DNA from: an uncultured delta proteobacterium | Lineage (GTDB): Bacteria; Desulfobacterota; Binatia; UBA9968 | Reading direction: 5' to 3' | Assembly (NCBI GenBank): GCA_963760795.1 | Contig: CAVXEP010000033.1 | Coordinates: forward strand, 1 to 64,000 | DNA: 64,000 nucleotides | In this document: in pieces, positions 42,343-51,857 of the stretch | Layout of the letters: each line of letters starts with the position of its first letter | Position numbering within the stretch: the first letter of the stretch is position 1 | Position numbers and translations under genes: made by a program | Notes under the pieces: model-generated | Database searches by the model: none | What the model was told of the DNA's origin: nothing | The model's input: the letters and a program-made list of their open reading frames with translations, nothing else

Positions 42343-43480
42343 TTAGTTTGCCAGCCCATACAACGCGGCGGCATTTTCGCGCAGCACTTTCTGTTTTACC
42401 TCCGCCGGCAGATGCGCCGAATCCTTTTCGATCACTTCTTTGGAGAACGGCCAGGTGCTGTCCGGGTGCGGATAGTCCGAGCCCCACATGATATGGCCGT
42501 CGCCGAAGAAGTCGACCAGGTGAAGGCCGACCAAGTCGGTTTGATAGGTGGCCCAGACTTGGCGCTTGAAGATTTCGCTCGGCATGTTCTTGAGCGGTAT
42601 CTCGGCGGCCTTGCGGCGCTCGAACTGGCGTTTGTAGCGGTAGTCCATTTCCTGGACGACGAAGGGTATCCAGCCAATGGCCGATTCGGCGAGGCAGAAT
42701 TTTAGTTTGGGATGGCGTTCCAGGGTGCCGAAGTTGAACATGTTGACGAAGGGATTGAAGAACGACGTGGCGCCGTTGCTCAACCCCATGTCGAAAACGC
42801 CCTGACGCTCGCCGGGTTTGATCGAGTCGATGGTCGCGCGCACCGTGCCGGACTGCGTGCTGCCGCCAACGTGATACGACACGACGATGCCGGCGTCCTC
42901 GGCGGCGGCCCAGAAAATATCCCAGGGCTTTAGATTCATTTCCAGAGTGACGTCGTTGACTAAGAAGTTGGCTTCTTTAAAGCCCAGCTTGGCGACGCGG
43001 ATCACTTCGTCGCGCGCCGCCGCGGCGTCGCAGCTGGACAGCATGGCGACGGGGAAAAAGCGCTTCGGTGCAGTCTTGCCAAACTCCGCTGCCCAATCGT
43101 TGTACGCGCGCACGCAGGCATCGCGTAGTTCCGGCGCGCCCACTTGCATGGCGATGATCGGCGGAAACATTAACGACGCCTCGACGCCGTCGCGGTCCAT
43201 GTCAATAAGCCGCTTGGCGGTGGTGGTCGGGCGGTGCGCTTCGCCGACACCACCGCGGTCGAGCGCGAGTCTGGTGCGATTTTCTCTGGCGAACCAGCGT
43301 TCGCCGCGGTAATCGGCCCAGGTCTCACCATCGCACACCCAGTATTCGCCTTTATCGCCGCGGTCTTCGACATGGGGCGCGCGCTCGCGCAAGGCGGCAG
43401 GGCAAGCGTTCGGTCCATAAATCGCGCGGCAAATATCCTAAATCGATATGATCGTCGGCGGAAATCATCATGTAAGTCAT
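42343..43480 (-). CDS. Amidohydrolase family protein (frameshift near 43400)
   Basis: MTYMMISADDHID start; DMDRDGV, SYHVG, AESAIGW, WGSDYPH. Confidence 0.85.
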
Positions 43481-43883
43481 ATTAATCTCCTCTTGGTTTT
43501 CGCGGGTTCGGTCTTTTTTCGAATCGCGCTGATTCTTACGCCAAGGTTGGCCCGTGTCAAGCTGTACCCGCGCTGATTACGCGGAGCAACGGGGACTCTG
43601 CGTCTCGGTGCGCGCTGGATAGCGCGAAACCCGCAAGCGCCGCAGCGGGCTGCTGTCATCGCGTGAATTCGCAAGCGCGGCTTGCGCTTTTGCTCTGCGG
43701 CATTGACAGCAACGATCATTTGACGCAGCCGGGTGAAGTCTTTCTTCGACCTAAATTGAGCGGCGACGCTGCCGGTTGCGAGGGTGATTTTTTCGTGCGA
43801 GGCCGGCGGGAAATATCGCAGCGCCCAAGGGTCTTAACCCCGACTTCACGATGATAGAGGAATTCACATTTTGGCAGCAAGAG

Positions 43884-43981
43884 TGTCGGTGAATTCCTGA
43901 CAAAAAGGGCGGCGCCCAAAACCCTGAACTGCGAAAACCGTCACTAAATCAAAGACTACAAAACTTGGTATCCCACTTGCA
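43884..43981 (+). promoter_or_regulatory. sigma-54 promoter with upstream palindromic activator site
   Basis: TGGTAT-CCCAC-TTGCA at 43966-43981; TGTC-N11-GACA dyad at 43884-43902. Confidence 0.6.
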
Positions 43982-43996
43982 TTTTAAATCATATAG

Positions 43997-44417
43997 AAGC
44001 CTGGAGGGTCAAATTAGGCATGGAGGAAAATCGCCGTAATAATAAAAGGAGGAAAATTTATGTACATAAAAAGTCTTAGTTTGGTTTTTGGTCTGGCGAT
44101 TTCATTGTTAACGCCAAATGCGTTTGCCCTGGATCGCACCGGGCGCGAGTCGATCGAAACCTTCGATCCGTCGGCTCTGCCTGACCGATCCATCGTCATT
44201 CTTAAAACCGAAGAAAGCGATGCCCCCGGCTACATGCACACAAAATTCGCATTGGTTGATCATCGCTGCGGCGCGGTACTCGTTGACCATTACGGCCCGC
44301 CGGTTAAGGAAAACGACAAGGAGTTGAAGGAAGCAGAGCAGCGGATGTGCACGCAAATCGCGACTAACTCTCGCGATGGCGAATAGCGATAGAGTTCGAA
44401 CCTGGCCCTCCAGGCTT
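43997..44417 (+). repeat. 15-bp inverted repeat pair enclosing the 44060 ORF
   Basis: AAGCCTGGAGGGTCA (43997-44011) and TGGCCCTCCAGGCTT (44403-44417); the one mismatch is a G-U pair in the sense RNA. Confidence 0.8.
44060..44386 (+). CDS. Small secreted hypothetical protein (108 aa)
   Basis: AAGGAGG RBS; Sec signal ending AFA; two cysteines. Confidence 0.8.
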   Translation: MYIKSLSLVFGLAISLLTPNAFALDRTGRESIETFDPSALPDRSIVILKTEESDAPGYMHTKFALVDHRCGAVLVDHYGPPVKENDKELKEAEQRMCTQIATNSRDGE

Positions 44418-44537
44418 GGTTTTTAATCAAATATCGCGGGAAATAATTTCACTCGGAAAAGACGCGGATCTCCGATAATTTTACGGCGTGGGGGCGCGGT
44501 GGCCAGCGCAGATAACTCTGTTGGGTTACCGGTGCGA

Positions 44538-45677
44538 TTATGAACTCACCTCGAAGCCGTACAGCCTTGCCGTGTTTTGACAAAGAATTTTTTCTTGGTC
44601 TGCCGCGCTGACAGCATGAAAATCTGCGGCGATTTTTTCCCGCGACTTGGGCCAGAAGGTCGCACTGTGGGGAAAGTCGGAGGACCAGAGAATGTTTTCC
44701 ACGCCGATTTTTTCGCGCAGGGCGATGCCGAAGGTGTCGTCGATGAAGGTGGCGTAGAGCTGGCGGCGGAAATAATCGCTCGGCTTGAGCGTCAGCTTGG
44801 TGGCGAAGGGCGTGCCGCGGAAACGGATGCCGCGGTGATCGAAGCGCTCGTCGATGCGGTGCAGAAAAAAAGGCAGCCAGCCGCAATTCAACTCCGCCGA
44901 AACTACCTTGAGCGCGGGAAAGCGCTCGAGCACGCCGGATATGATCAACGTCGAAAAGGTTTGCTCAACTTCATGAGAATTGATCGCTTGGGCAATGGTA
45001 CGCTTCTTCGAGTTGGAGTCCCAGTCGACCCACTTGAAGCCGGCGAACTCATGGAGGCTGAGCGGCATCTTGAGTTCCTGCGCCGCTGCCCAAAACGGGT
45101 CGTAGCAGTCCGAGTGAAACGGCAGCTCCTCCGGCGGCGAGGCCCAAATCACCGCGCCGGCGAGCCCTTTTTTTGCACACTCGGCCAAGTCCTTGGCGGC
45201 TTGCTGCGGATCGTAGAGTGAGATCAGCGCCAGCCCTTTCAAGCGTTTGGGCGAGTGGGCGCAAAACTCGGCCAACCAATCGTTGTAGACCTGAAAGCAA
45301 GCGCGCTGAAAGCCCGCGTCCTTGATCCAAAACATGCGAAAACCAAGCGTCGTGTAGAGGACGTCGCCGGTGACGCCGTCCTGGTCCATGTCCTGCAAGC
45401 GCTGCGCCGGGTCCCAGCCGCCGCGATGGGCGCCGGCATAGGAGAAGCCTTCCAGCAGTTTTTGCAGTTCTTCCGTCGACTTGTTGGCGCCGAAACCCAA
45501 GATCACGTTGTGTGGCTGGCGATCTGGTTCGATATGCCACCAGGCGCCGGGCTGGCCCTGATATTTTGTCTCCATGTGCGGCGCGATGGCGCGATACTTT
45601 TGCGGCAGCCGTTCCTGCCATAAATTCAACGGTTCGCTGACATGGGAATCGGCATCGAGCAAAATAGTGTCCGCCAT
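44538..45677 (-). CDS. Amidohydrolase family protein
   Basis: LDADSHVSEP, DMDQDGV, LSLHE, AELNCGW, WSSDFPH. Confidence 0.9.
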   Translation of the reverse strand: MADTILLDADSHVSEPLNLWQERLPQKYRAIAPHMETKYQGQPGAWWHIEPDRQPHNVILGFGANKSTEELQKLLEGFSYAGAHRGGWDPAQRLQDMDQDGVTGDVLYTTLGFRMFWIKDAGFQRACFQVYNDWLAEFCAHSPKRLKGLALISLYDPQQAAKDLAECAKKGLAGAVIWASPPEELPFHSDCYDPFWAAAQELKMPLSLHEFAGFKWVDWDSNSKKRTIAQAINSHEVEQTFSTLIISGVLERFPALKVVSAELNCGWLPFFLHRIDERFDHRGIRFRGTPFATKLTLKPSDYFRRQLYATFIDDTFGIALREKIGVENILWSSDFPHSATFWPKSREKIAADFHAVSAADQEKILCQNTARLYGFEVSS

Positions 45678-46119
45678 GGTCTGCTCCTCTAGATAAGTCT
45701 TTAATCTACCTTCGCGTTAATTGTTATCATCCTGGCAATTGGCTCAGGCGGCGTGCGCCGGAATCTGCCGGCGGCACAAGGCGAAGATCTGTTCCAAGTC
45801 GTGTGCCGCCGCCTGTGTGTCGAATACCTCGCGGTCAGAAACCGTAGCTTTGCGACTGCTTCTTCCCGCACGGTTCCGTTCTTCTGCGAATTGAGCCTGC
45901 ATACCGCGCCGCAGCATTGGCGGCACCAGCATTCGTATACGTCCATTTTGCCGCTGGCGCAAACCAGACGGCCGGGTAAAAATCACGCGCGTTGAGCGCC
46001 TATCTAATGACTAAAATAAGTTTCACCGATTGGTACTGTCAAACCGGATGAAGACTGCGGTGCGGCAGGTCGCTGATATGACGACCGTCGTTTACGCGAC
46101 ATTGGGGCGGGCCTGCAGC

Positions 46120-46227
46120 GCAGACCACCCGCACGCGCAGAAAAGTCCAGACCGATAATTCTAGGATCTGAGCCTGCTCGATGAGATCCGCAAGACGGGA
46201 TTCCTCGAACAATTGCAGAAAAGTTGA
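46120..46227 (+). pseudogene. Decayed 3' remnant of an NMT1-type SBP gene
   Basis: DLSLLDEIRKTGFLEQLQKS* resembles the SBP C-termini here (DSSFLQELEKSGFIEALWKK); in-frame stops upstream. Confidence 0.5.
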
Positions 46228-46255
46228 TTATGCCGGTGTCTAGGTATTTTTCGGA

Positions 46256-47260
46256 TTATTTCTTCCAGAGCGCCTCGATGAAGCCGCTCTTTTCCAGCTC
46301 TTGCAAGAAACTTGAGTCAATGACCGACGTCGGATCGAAGCTGGCTGCGCGCGGGTTGCGCAGGGCTTCGACTTTGAGCAGAAACTCGATGCCTTTGAGC
46401 GGCACGTAGGGAATTTTTTCTTGCAGGCGCGCCGGCGAGTCGAGCACTGCGCTGATCGCTTCGGGATCGTTGGTGCGGGTAAATTCGGCGGCGACTTTGA
46501 AGGCGAATTCACGGTTCTCTTTAAAAAACTTGAGTCCCTCGACAAAGCCTTTGACCAACCGCAGCGCGCTGTCGCGATGGTTGCGCACATAAGATTTGGT
46601 CGTGCCGATGCAGCTCGCCGGATTGTACAGGCCGGCTTTATTGACGTCGAGAATTTCGCTGAAGCTGGCTTTCTCGGCAAAACCGTCATGGGGCGCGCGG
46701 AATATCGCTGCGTCGATGACACCGTTACTAAGGCCGACGAGCCGCTCGGCGCCGCTGCCGGCGGCGATGAAGGTGACATCGCGCTCGGGATTGAGGCCCC
46801 GTTCTCTAAACACGTAGCGCAGAATGCCGTCGTCGATGGTTCCGAGCCTTGTCAGACCGACGCGTTTGCCTTTGAGGCCGGCGATGCTGGCGATTTTTGC
46901 GTTGGCAAAAAGTCGGCCGTAGGCATAGGTGGTGGCGCACGCCAACAAGACCGTATCCGCGCCGGCAACCGCCGCCACCACCATCGGCGCGGCGCCGACC
47001 ATGCTGACCGGCACGTTGCCGGAGATCATCGCGGTGGTTAGCAACGAACTGCCCGAGAGCAAAACCAAGTCGACATCGTGACCGTATTTTTTAAAAGAGC
47101 CGGCGCGGCGCATTACCTCTACGGTGATTCCCGCGCCGGGCGTGGGATAGCCCATGACGAGCTTCTGCGCCTTCTGCGCTTGCACCGCGCCGGGTGAATA
47201 CACCGCGACGTTGAATACGGCAATCAGTGCGACAATGAATAAGCGGCGTAGTCGGTTCAC
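46256..47260 (-). CDS. NMT1/TauA-like substrate-binding protein
   Basis: GTG start overlapping the upstream stop; signal peptide; GLKGKRVGLTRLG. Confidence 0.85.
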   Translation of the reverse strand: MNRLRRLFIVALIAVFNVAVYSPGAVQAQKAQKLVMGYPTPGAGITVEVMRRAGSFKKYGHDVDLVLLSGSSLLTTAMISGNVPVSMVGAAPMVVAAVAGADTVLLACATTYAYGRLFANAKIASIAGLKGKRVGLTRLGTIDDGILRYVFRERGLNPERDVTFIAAGSGAERLVGLSNGVIDAAIFRAPHDGFAEKASFSEILDVNKAGLYNPASCIGTTKSYVRNHRDSALRLVKGFVEGLKFFKENREFAFKVAAEFTRTNDPEAISAVLDSPARLQEKIPYVPLKGIEFLLKVEALRNPRAASFDPTSVIDSSFLQELEKSGFIEALWKK

Positions 47261-48042
47261 TGGCCGTCCTGAAATAGTGCCAGCCGATTGCCGTCCGGAT
47301 CGCGCAGGAGAAATTGTTCTTTGCTGCTGTCTTCCCAATCAGGCGCGCTTGCCACGGTGGCGCCCAGGCGCTCTGCCGATGCTAACATTTTGGCTTGATC
47401 GACCAAGCGAAAGCCGAGACAGTGAAAGCCCTCGGCGCTGGTCGAGTCGCGCGGCAATAAGAGCAACTGGGTGCGGCCGTCGGTGAGGGTAAACTTGCCA
47501 TTCTCTTGGCGCAAAACTTTCATGCCGAATGCGACTTGATAAAATTGCGCCAATGCGGCCGGTAGCGCCGCGCCGATCACCAGCCGATTGATCTCCGAGG
47601 CGACTTCGACTTCGAGGGCTCGGAGTTTCTCGGCGGACACCGGCTTATAGCCGCGCTCGGATAGATCAATGCGGTTGCCTTCGAGATCGTGGGCGCGCCA
47701 TTCAGTGAAAGTTCGGCCGGCCGGACGCTTGGCGATGTCGGCGGTGGCGCCAGCGTGTTTCAGCCTGCCTGCGATATTTTCCAAACTATCGATCTGAAAG
47801 CCGAAGTGATCGAAGCCTTTGGCCTGCGGCTCGCCGACTTCGTCGATGCGTAAGGTTTCCGGGTCGACGCCGCGCCAAGGATTGAGCGCGAGCAAGACAT
47901 GCCCGTCCCAAAGTTGCACGGCGCCGCCGACGTGGACGATCTTCATATTGAACGCGTCGCGGTAGAAGGGCGCGAGGTCGCGCGGGTTTCTCGTAAACAG
48001 CGCGACGTGGACGATGCGCGCCGATGCGGCTTGATTATTCAT
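47257..48042 (-). CDS. Two-domain VOC/glyoxalase protein
   Basis: RIVHVALFT, GFDHFGFQI, DLEGNRIDLS, RDPDGNRL. Confidence 0.8.
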   Translation of the reverse strand: MNNQAASARIVHVALFTRNPRDLAPFYRDAFNMKIVHVGGAVQLWDGHVLLALNPWRGVDPETLRIDEVGEPQAKGFDHFGFQIDSLENIAGRLKHAGATADIAKRPAGRTFTEWRAHDLEGNRIDLSERGYKPVSAEKLRALEVEVASEINRLVIGAALPAALAQFYQVAFGMKVLRQENGKFTLTDGRTQLLLLPRDSTSAEGFHCLGFRLVDQAKMLASAERLGATVASAPDWEDSSKEQFLLRDPDGNRLALFQDGQ

Positions 48043-48072
48043 GCGAGTCTCCTGTGAATGAACTTAGATTTA

Positions 48073-49030
48073 TTAACGTGTCTTCAGTGACGCGGCGGCT
48101 TCACTAACCGGCGACCAATCGACGATCCTGTCGGCCGGAATATTCGCCGGAACGTCGGCCATCGTCAGAGCTGTGGCCAGCCCCTTGTCGGAAGGGATGC
48201 CGTTATCGGGCCAGAGATCTTTGATCACGTCAAAGGTTTTCCTCGTCATGTCGAGGTCCGGCAGGCCGACGAACTGTTTGAGCAAGCGGCAGGACTTCTT
48301 CGCGATGGCTCTTGGTGTAAGCGATGCCTTTGAGCGCGGCGGTCAGAACTCTTTTGACTTCGTCAGGTTTTTCGCGCATGCGTTCGTCGTGGGCGATCAG
48401 ACCGAGCAGGGGAAACTCGGCTACGTCTTTCATGTAAGCGAGCGGCCGAAAGCCGTCTTTCTCCATGAACAAATCGTAGGGCACGCTCAACATCGCCGCG
48501 TCGATGGTGCCGGCTTTGAGCGCGAGAGCACGGCTTGGCATCTCGCCCAGATTGATCATGTTGACGCTTTTGGCGTCGACTCTGTAGTGCTCAAGAATTT
48601 TCAAAAACTGCCGGTGCACGGTGCCGCCCGGCTGGCTGATGGCGACGCCGCGGCCGCGCAGCGCGCCGGGCGTGGCGATGTCGCGTTTTGCGACCAGCAC
48701 ATGATGCGAGCGCACCGCGAAGATCATGATCACTTTGGCCGCCAGACCATTGGCGATCGCAGTCATCGATGAGCCGAGCGGCGTGATGTAGGAGATATGG
48801 CGCGACGCCAGCGCGCCTAGCGAGGCGCGCACCGACATGGTCACGGGCAATAGCTCGATGCCCTGCTCCTGAAAGATGCCTTTCTTCCAAGCGACGTAGA
48901 GGGGAAACCAGGTGACGGTGTTGGTCGGCACGCCGATGTGAATCTGGGTCAATTTTTGCGCCGCCACCGGCGCGGCATAAATGAGCGCGCTGACGAGCAG
49001 TAGCGCGAAGATTGTCTTGCGGCGGGCCAC
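48073..49030 (-). CDS. NMT1/TauA-like substrate-binding protein (+1 frameshift near 48285)
   Basis: KKGIFQEQGIE, ALKAGTIDAAML; C-terminus in the 48073-48285 frame. Confidence 0.85.
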
Positions 49031-49038
49031 GAACGGTG

Positions 49039-49836
49039 TTATGCCTCGGAAAAGTCGAGCACGACGCCGTCGGGATCTGAGGTCGCGTACTGGCCGATCT
49101 TGCAGCCGTCCATGTCGCGCTGGGTGAGATGGCCGAAGATGCCGCCGGCGATGTCTCTTGGCGCTGACGCCGGCGCTGAAACCGCTAGCGCTGCGAGATC
49201 CTTTTTTGTCTGTTCAATGCTCTCGACCTGGTAACCGATGTGATCGAGGCCTTGGCGCATGCTCATGTACGAGTTGTCATTGGTCGGCTGGATCAGCAGA
49301 CGCACCTTGCCGTCGCTCAAACAAACCGTTTCACCCAAGGGCGGTTCTTTGACCTCGAAGAGCTCGAATACTTCTTGGTAGAAATTGGCCACCGCCGCCG
49401 GCTCATGGGCGCGGATGACGACATGGTTGAATTGCCGCGCTTGCTCCCAGCCGGCTTCTTTGTAGCCTTCTCTGACCTTGGGGTCGGTGCGCTCGGAAAT
49501 ATCGAACTGGGCGCCGGCCGGATCATGGCTGCGAAACAGCGCGAAGGGAACTTTCTCCAGCCCTTTGGTAATGATCGCTTGGGGGTAATGCTTTTTTATG
49601 CGCTGGCGGGCGCTGTCGACATCGTCGACTTCGAAGCCGAAATGATCCAGCCCCGCGGGAATCCCGGGTCGCCTGGCTAACACGGCGAGGCCGATCAAAC
49701 CATCGCTGATGTGACCGCGATTGTTTTCGGTCACCGCGCTGGTGATCCGTTTCATGCCGAGGATTTTCTCGTAAAACGCGATCGCGTTCTGGGGATTCTG
49801 GGTGTAAATCGCGGCGTGTTTAATCTGTGCAAACAT
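49039..49836 (-). CDS. Two-domain VOC/glyoxalase protein
   Basis: IKHAAI, GLDHFGFEV, HDPAG, FNHVVI, GLDHIGYQV, DPDGV. Confidence 0.85.
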   Translation of the reverse strand: MFAQIKHAAIYTQNPQNAIAFYEKILGMKRITSAVTENNRGHISDGLIGLAVLARRPGIPAGLDHFGFEVDDVDSARQRIKKHYPQAIITKGLEKVPFALFRSHDPAGAQFDISERTDPKVREGYKEAGWEQARQFNHVVIRAHEPAAVANFYQEVFELFEVKEPPLGETVCLSDGKVRLLIQPTNDNSYMSMRQGLDHIGYQVESIEQTKKDLAALAVSAPASAPRDIAGGIFGHLTQRDMDGCKIGQYATSDPDGVVLDFSEA

Positions 49837-49852
49837 AGCAAACTCCGTTTTC

Positions 49853-50875
49853 TCACCGGCCGTAAAAGCGCCGGGCGTTGTCGCCGAGGATCGCGGTCTT
49901 GTGTTCTTTCTTGAGATCGTCGCGCTCCAGCACTTCGTCGATTTCCTCCATGCAGTTACTCATGGAGATTTCATGGGGGAAGTCCGAGGCGAACATGAAT
50001 GGTTTCGAACCGACTCGATCGATGGCGTAGGCGAGCGCCTTCTCATTGCCTTCGCAGCCGACGAAGATGCGGTCGTCTTTGAAATAATCGATCGGATGGC
50101 GCTTGAGTTTCAAGCCGCCGTATTCGAGCTCGCGCTCGAGCCGGTCGATGACCAGCGGTATCCACGCCGTGCCGCCTTCCATGAAGCCAACACGTAACTT
50201 GGGAAAGCGGTCGAACACGCCGTCGACCATCATGCCGGTCATGGCGATGGCGAGGGGAAAGGGCATGCCGAGCGCGCGGGTCGCGGGAAAAACCGTGTAG
50301 CTATTGAAGCCCAAATTGATGTAGCTGCCGCCATGCACCGCCATGACACAGTTGAGTTTCTCCGCCTCTTGGTAGATCGGCCAGTACTCCTCGTGGCTGA
50401 CATGGCGGGTGAGACCGTTGGATGGAATCATCGCGCCCATGAAGCCCAACTCTTTGACCGAGCGGCGCAGCTCGCTGACGGCGTCGGGAACATTTTGCAT
50501 CGGGATCAGCGAAACGGCTTGAAATTTGTCGCTGCGCTTCAGATAGCGCGCGTGAATGTAATCGTTATACGCCTGGGCATAGGCCAGCGCCCAAGTCGGG
50601 TAAGCGACGTTGCCGTAGGCCAAGCCCGCGGTCGGGTAGAGCACCGTGTATTCGGTGCCGGTCTTCTCTAGGAATTGCAGCCATTGCTCCGGACCGGTGT
50701 TGGGATCGAAAGTGCCCGGCGTGCGCGGCGTGCCGTCGGCCGGCGTGTGAAAGTTGTCCAGGCTCGGTATCCAATTTCTGGTGCCGCGGTTGTTGTAAGG
50801 CGCCTTGACGAAAGTCAGGATGTCTTCGGCATTCTCCATGACATGGCCGTCGGCATCGACGTAGTTATTGGACAT
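49853..50875 (-). CDS. Amidohydrolase family protein
   Basis: VDADGHVME, AVHGG, MEGGTAW, FASDFPHE. Confidence 0.9.
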   Translation of the reverse strand: MSNNYVDADGHVMENAEDILTFVKAPYNNRGTRNWIPSLDNFHTPADGTPRTPGTFDPNTGPEQWLQFLEKTGTEYTVLYPTAGLAYGNVAYPTWALAYAQAYNDYIHARYLKRSDKFQAVSLIPMQNVPDAVSELRRSVKELGFMGAMIPSNGLTRHVSHEEYWPIYQEAEKLNCVMAVHGGSYINLGFNSYTVFPATRALGMPFPLAIAMTGMMVDGVFDRFPKLRVGFMEGGTAWIPLVIDRLERELEYGGLKLKRHPIDYFKDDRIFVGCEGNEKALAYAIDRVGSKPFMFASDFPHEISMSNCMEEIDEVLERDDLKKEHKTAILGDNARRFYGR

Positions 50876-51103
50876 AAATCCTCCTTTTTTTTAGAAGCGA
50901 CTGGAGACAGTGATCTGGGAAACGACCCTCTGCCCTTTAGTCGCTAACTCTGTTTATATGGCGACTGAGATCAGGGCGTCAAGTCGAAGACGCGGCGGCG
51001 CTATCGAAAAGTTCTCAGGGACTGCTAAGATGGCTTGTAGCCGGCGTTTTTCCCGGCAAGGCGGTTCGATCTTCCAGCGTTTCCGATTAAGGAGGGCCAC
51101 AGA

Positions 51104-51730
51104 ATGAAAACCTCGTCACTAAATTGCGCCGCGAGTTTGCTTATCGGGCTTCTGGTTGCCGGCTGTTCAACGACGACGCCGATCGTTATCAGTGAATGGC
51201 GCAATCCGACCTATGCTTCGGCTTCGTTCTCAAGGATCATGATCGGCGGTTTGGGTGGAGATGTCAGCACGCGGCGCAACTTCGAAGATGAATTCATTTT
51301 CCAGCTGCGTGCTGCCGGCGCTGATGGCGTGGCGAGCTACCGCTACCTCCCCGAAGGCAGCGATGCCGATGAGAATAGGCTCAGAGATGCCGCGCGCAAG
51401 GCCGGCGTGGATGCGCTGATATTGACGCGCTTGGTCAGGGTCGAGGAGATGACGCAATACAGTGGCTCCTTTGCCCCGCCGATTTCATTCGGTGTCTACG
51501 GTTCCAATGTCGGCGCCAGTTGGTCCGGCCTCGGCGGGGCGCCGAGCGCTTACCGTGTCAATGAGTACACTGCGGAAACGGCGCTGCACGATATCGCCAA
51601 GAACGAGGTTGTCTGGAGCGTCACGACCAAAACCAGCGAGACCGACGGCGGGCGAACCGCGATCAAAAGCACCGTCGAAGCGGTGGTAAAGTCGCTCGCC
51701 GAGAAAAATCTGTTGCGCAGGCAGCAGTGA
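51104..51730 (+). CDS. Hypothetical lipoprotein (DUF4136-like)
   Basis: Lipobox LVAGC; RRNFEDEF, LHDIAKNEVVWS; GGAGG RBS. Confidence 0.75.
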   Translation: MKTSSLNCAASLLIGLLVAGCSTTTPIVISEWRNPTYASASFSRIMIGGLGGDVSTRRNFEDEFIFQLRAAGADGVASYRYLPEGSDADENRLRDAARKAGVDALILTRLVRVEEMTQYSGSFAPPISFGVYGSNVGASWSGLGGAPSAYRVNEYTAETALHDIAKNEVVWSVTTKTSETDGGRTAIKSTVEAVVKSLAEKNLLRRQQ

Positions 51731-51771
51731 GCGGGAAAGGATTTACCGCAGAGGCCTAACGCGGCAAAAGC

Positions 51772-51857
51772 GTGACCGAAGAGCAGAATGGCCGCAAAGA
51801 ACGCAAAGGGCGCAAAAAAGCATCCGGATTCATAAGGGCGGGTTTGAAACCCGCCCT
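51772..51857. repeat. Composite REP-like element
   Basis: tggccgcaaagaacgcaaagggcgcaaaaaag plus agggcgggtttgaaacccgccct; similar to 8639-8722. Confidence 0.75.

Noticed and set aside
45701-45986. Cys-rich small ORFs (MDVYECWCRQCC...)
   Set aside because: Competing frames, no clear RBS or recognisable family; cannot be supported
3330-48290. Programmed ribosomal frameshifting as the explanation for the split genes
   Set aside because: No shared slippery motif, unrelated gene families, and an insertion bias typical of sequencing error
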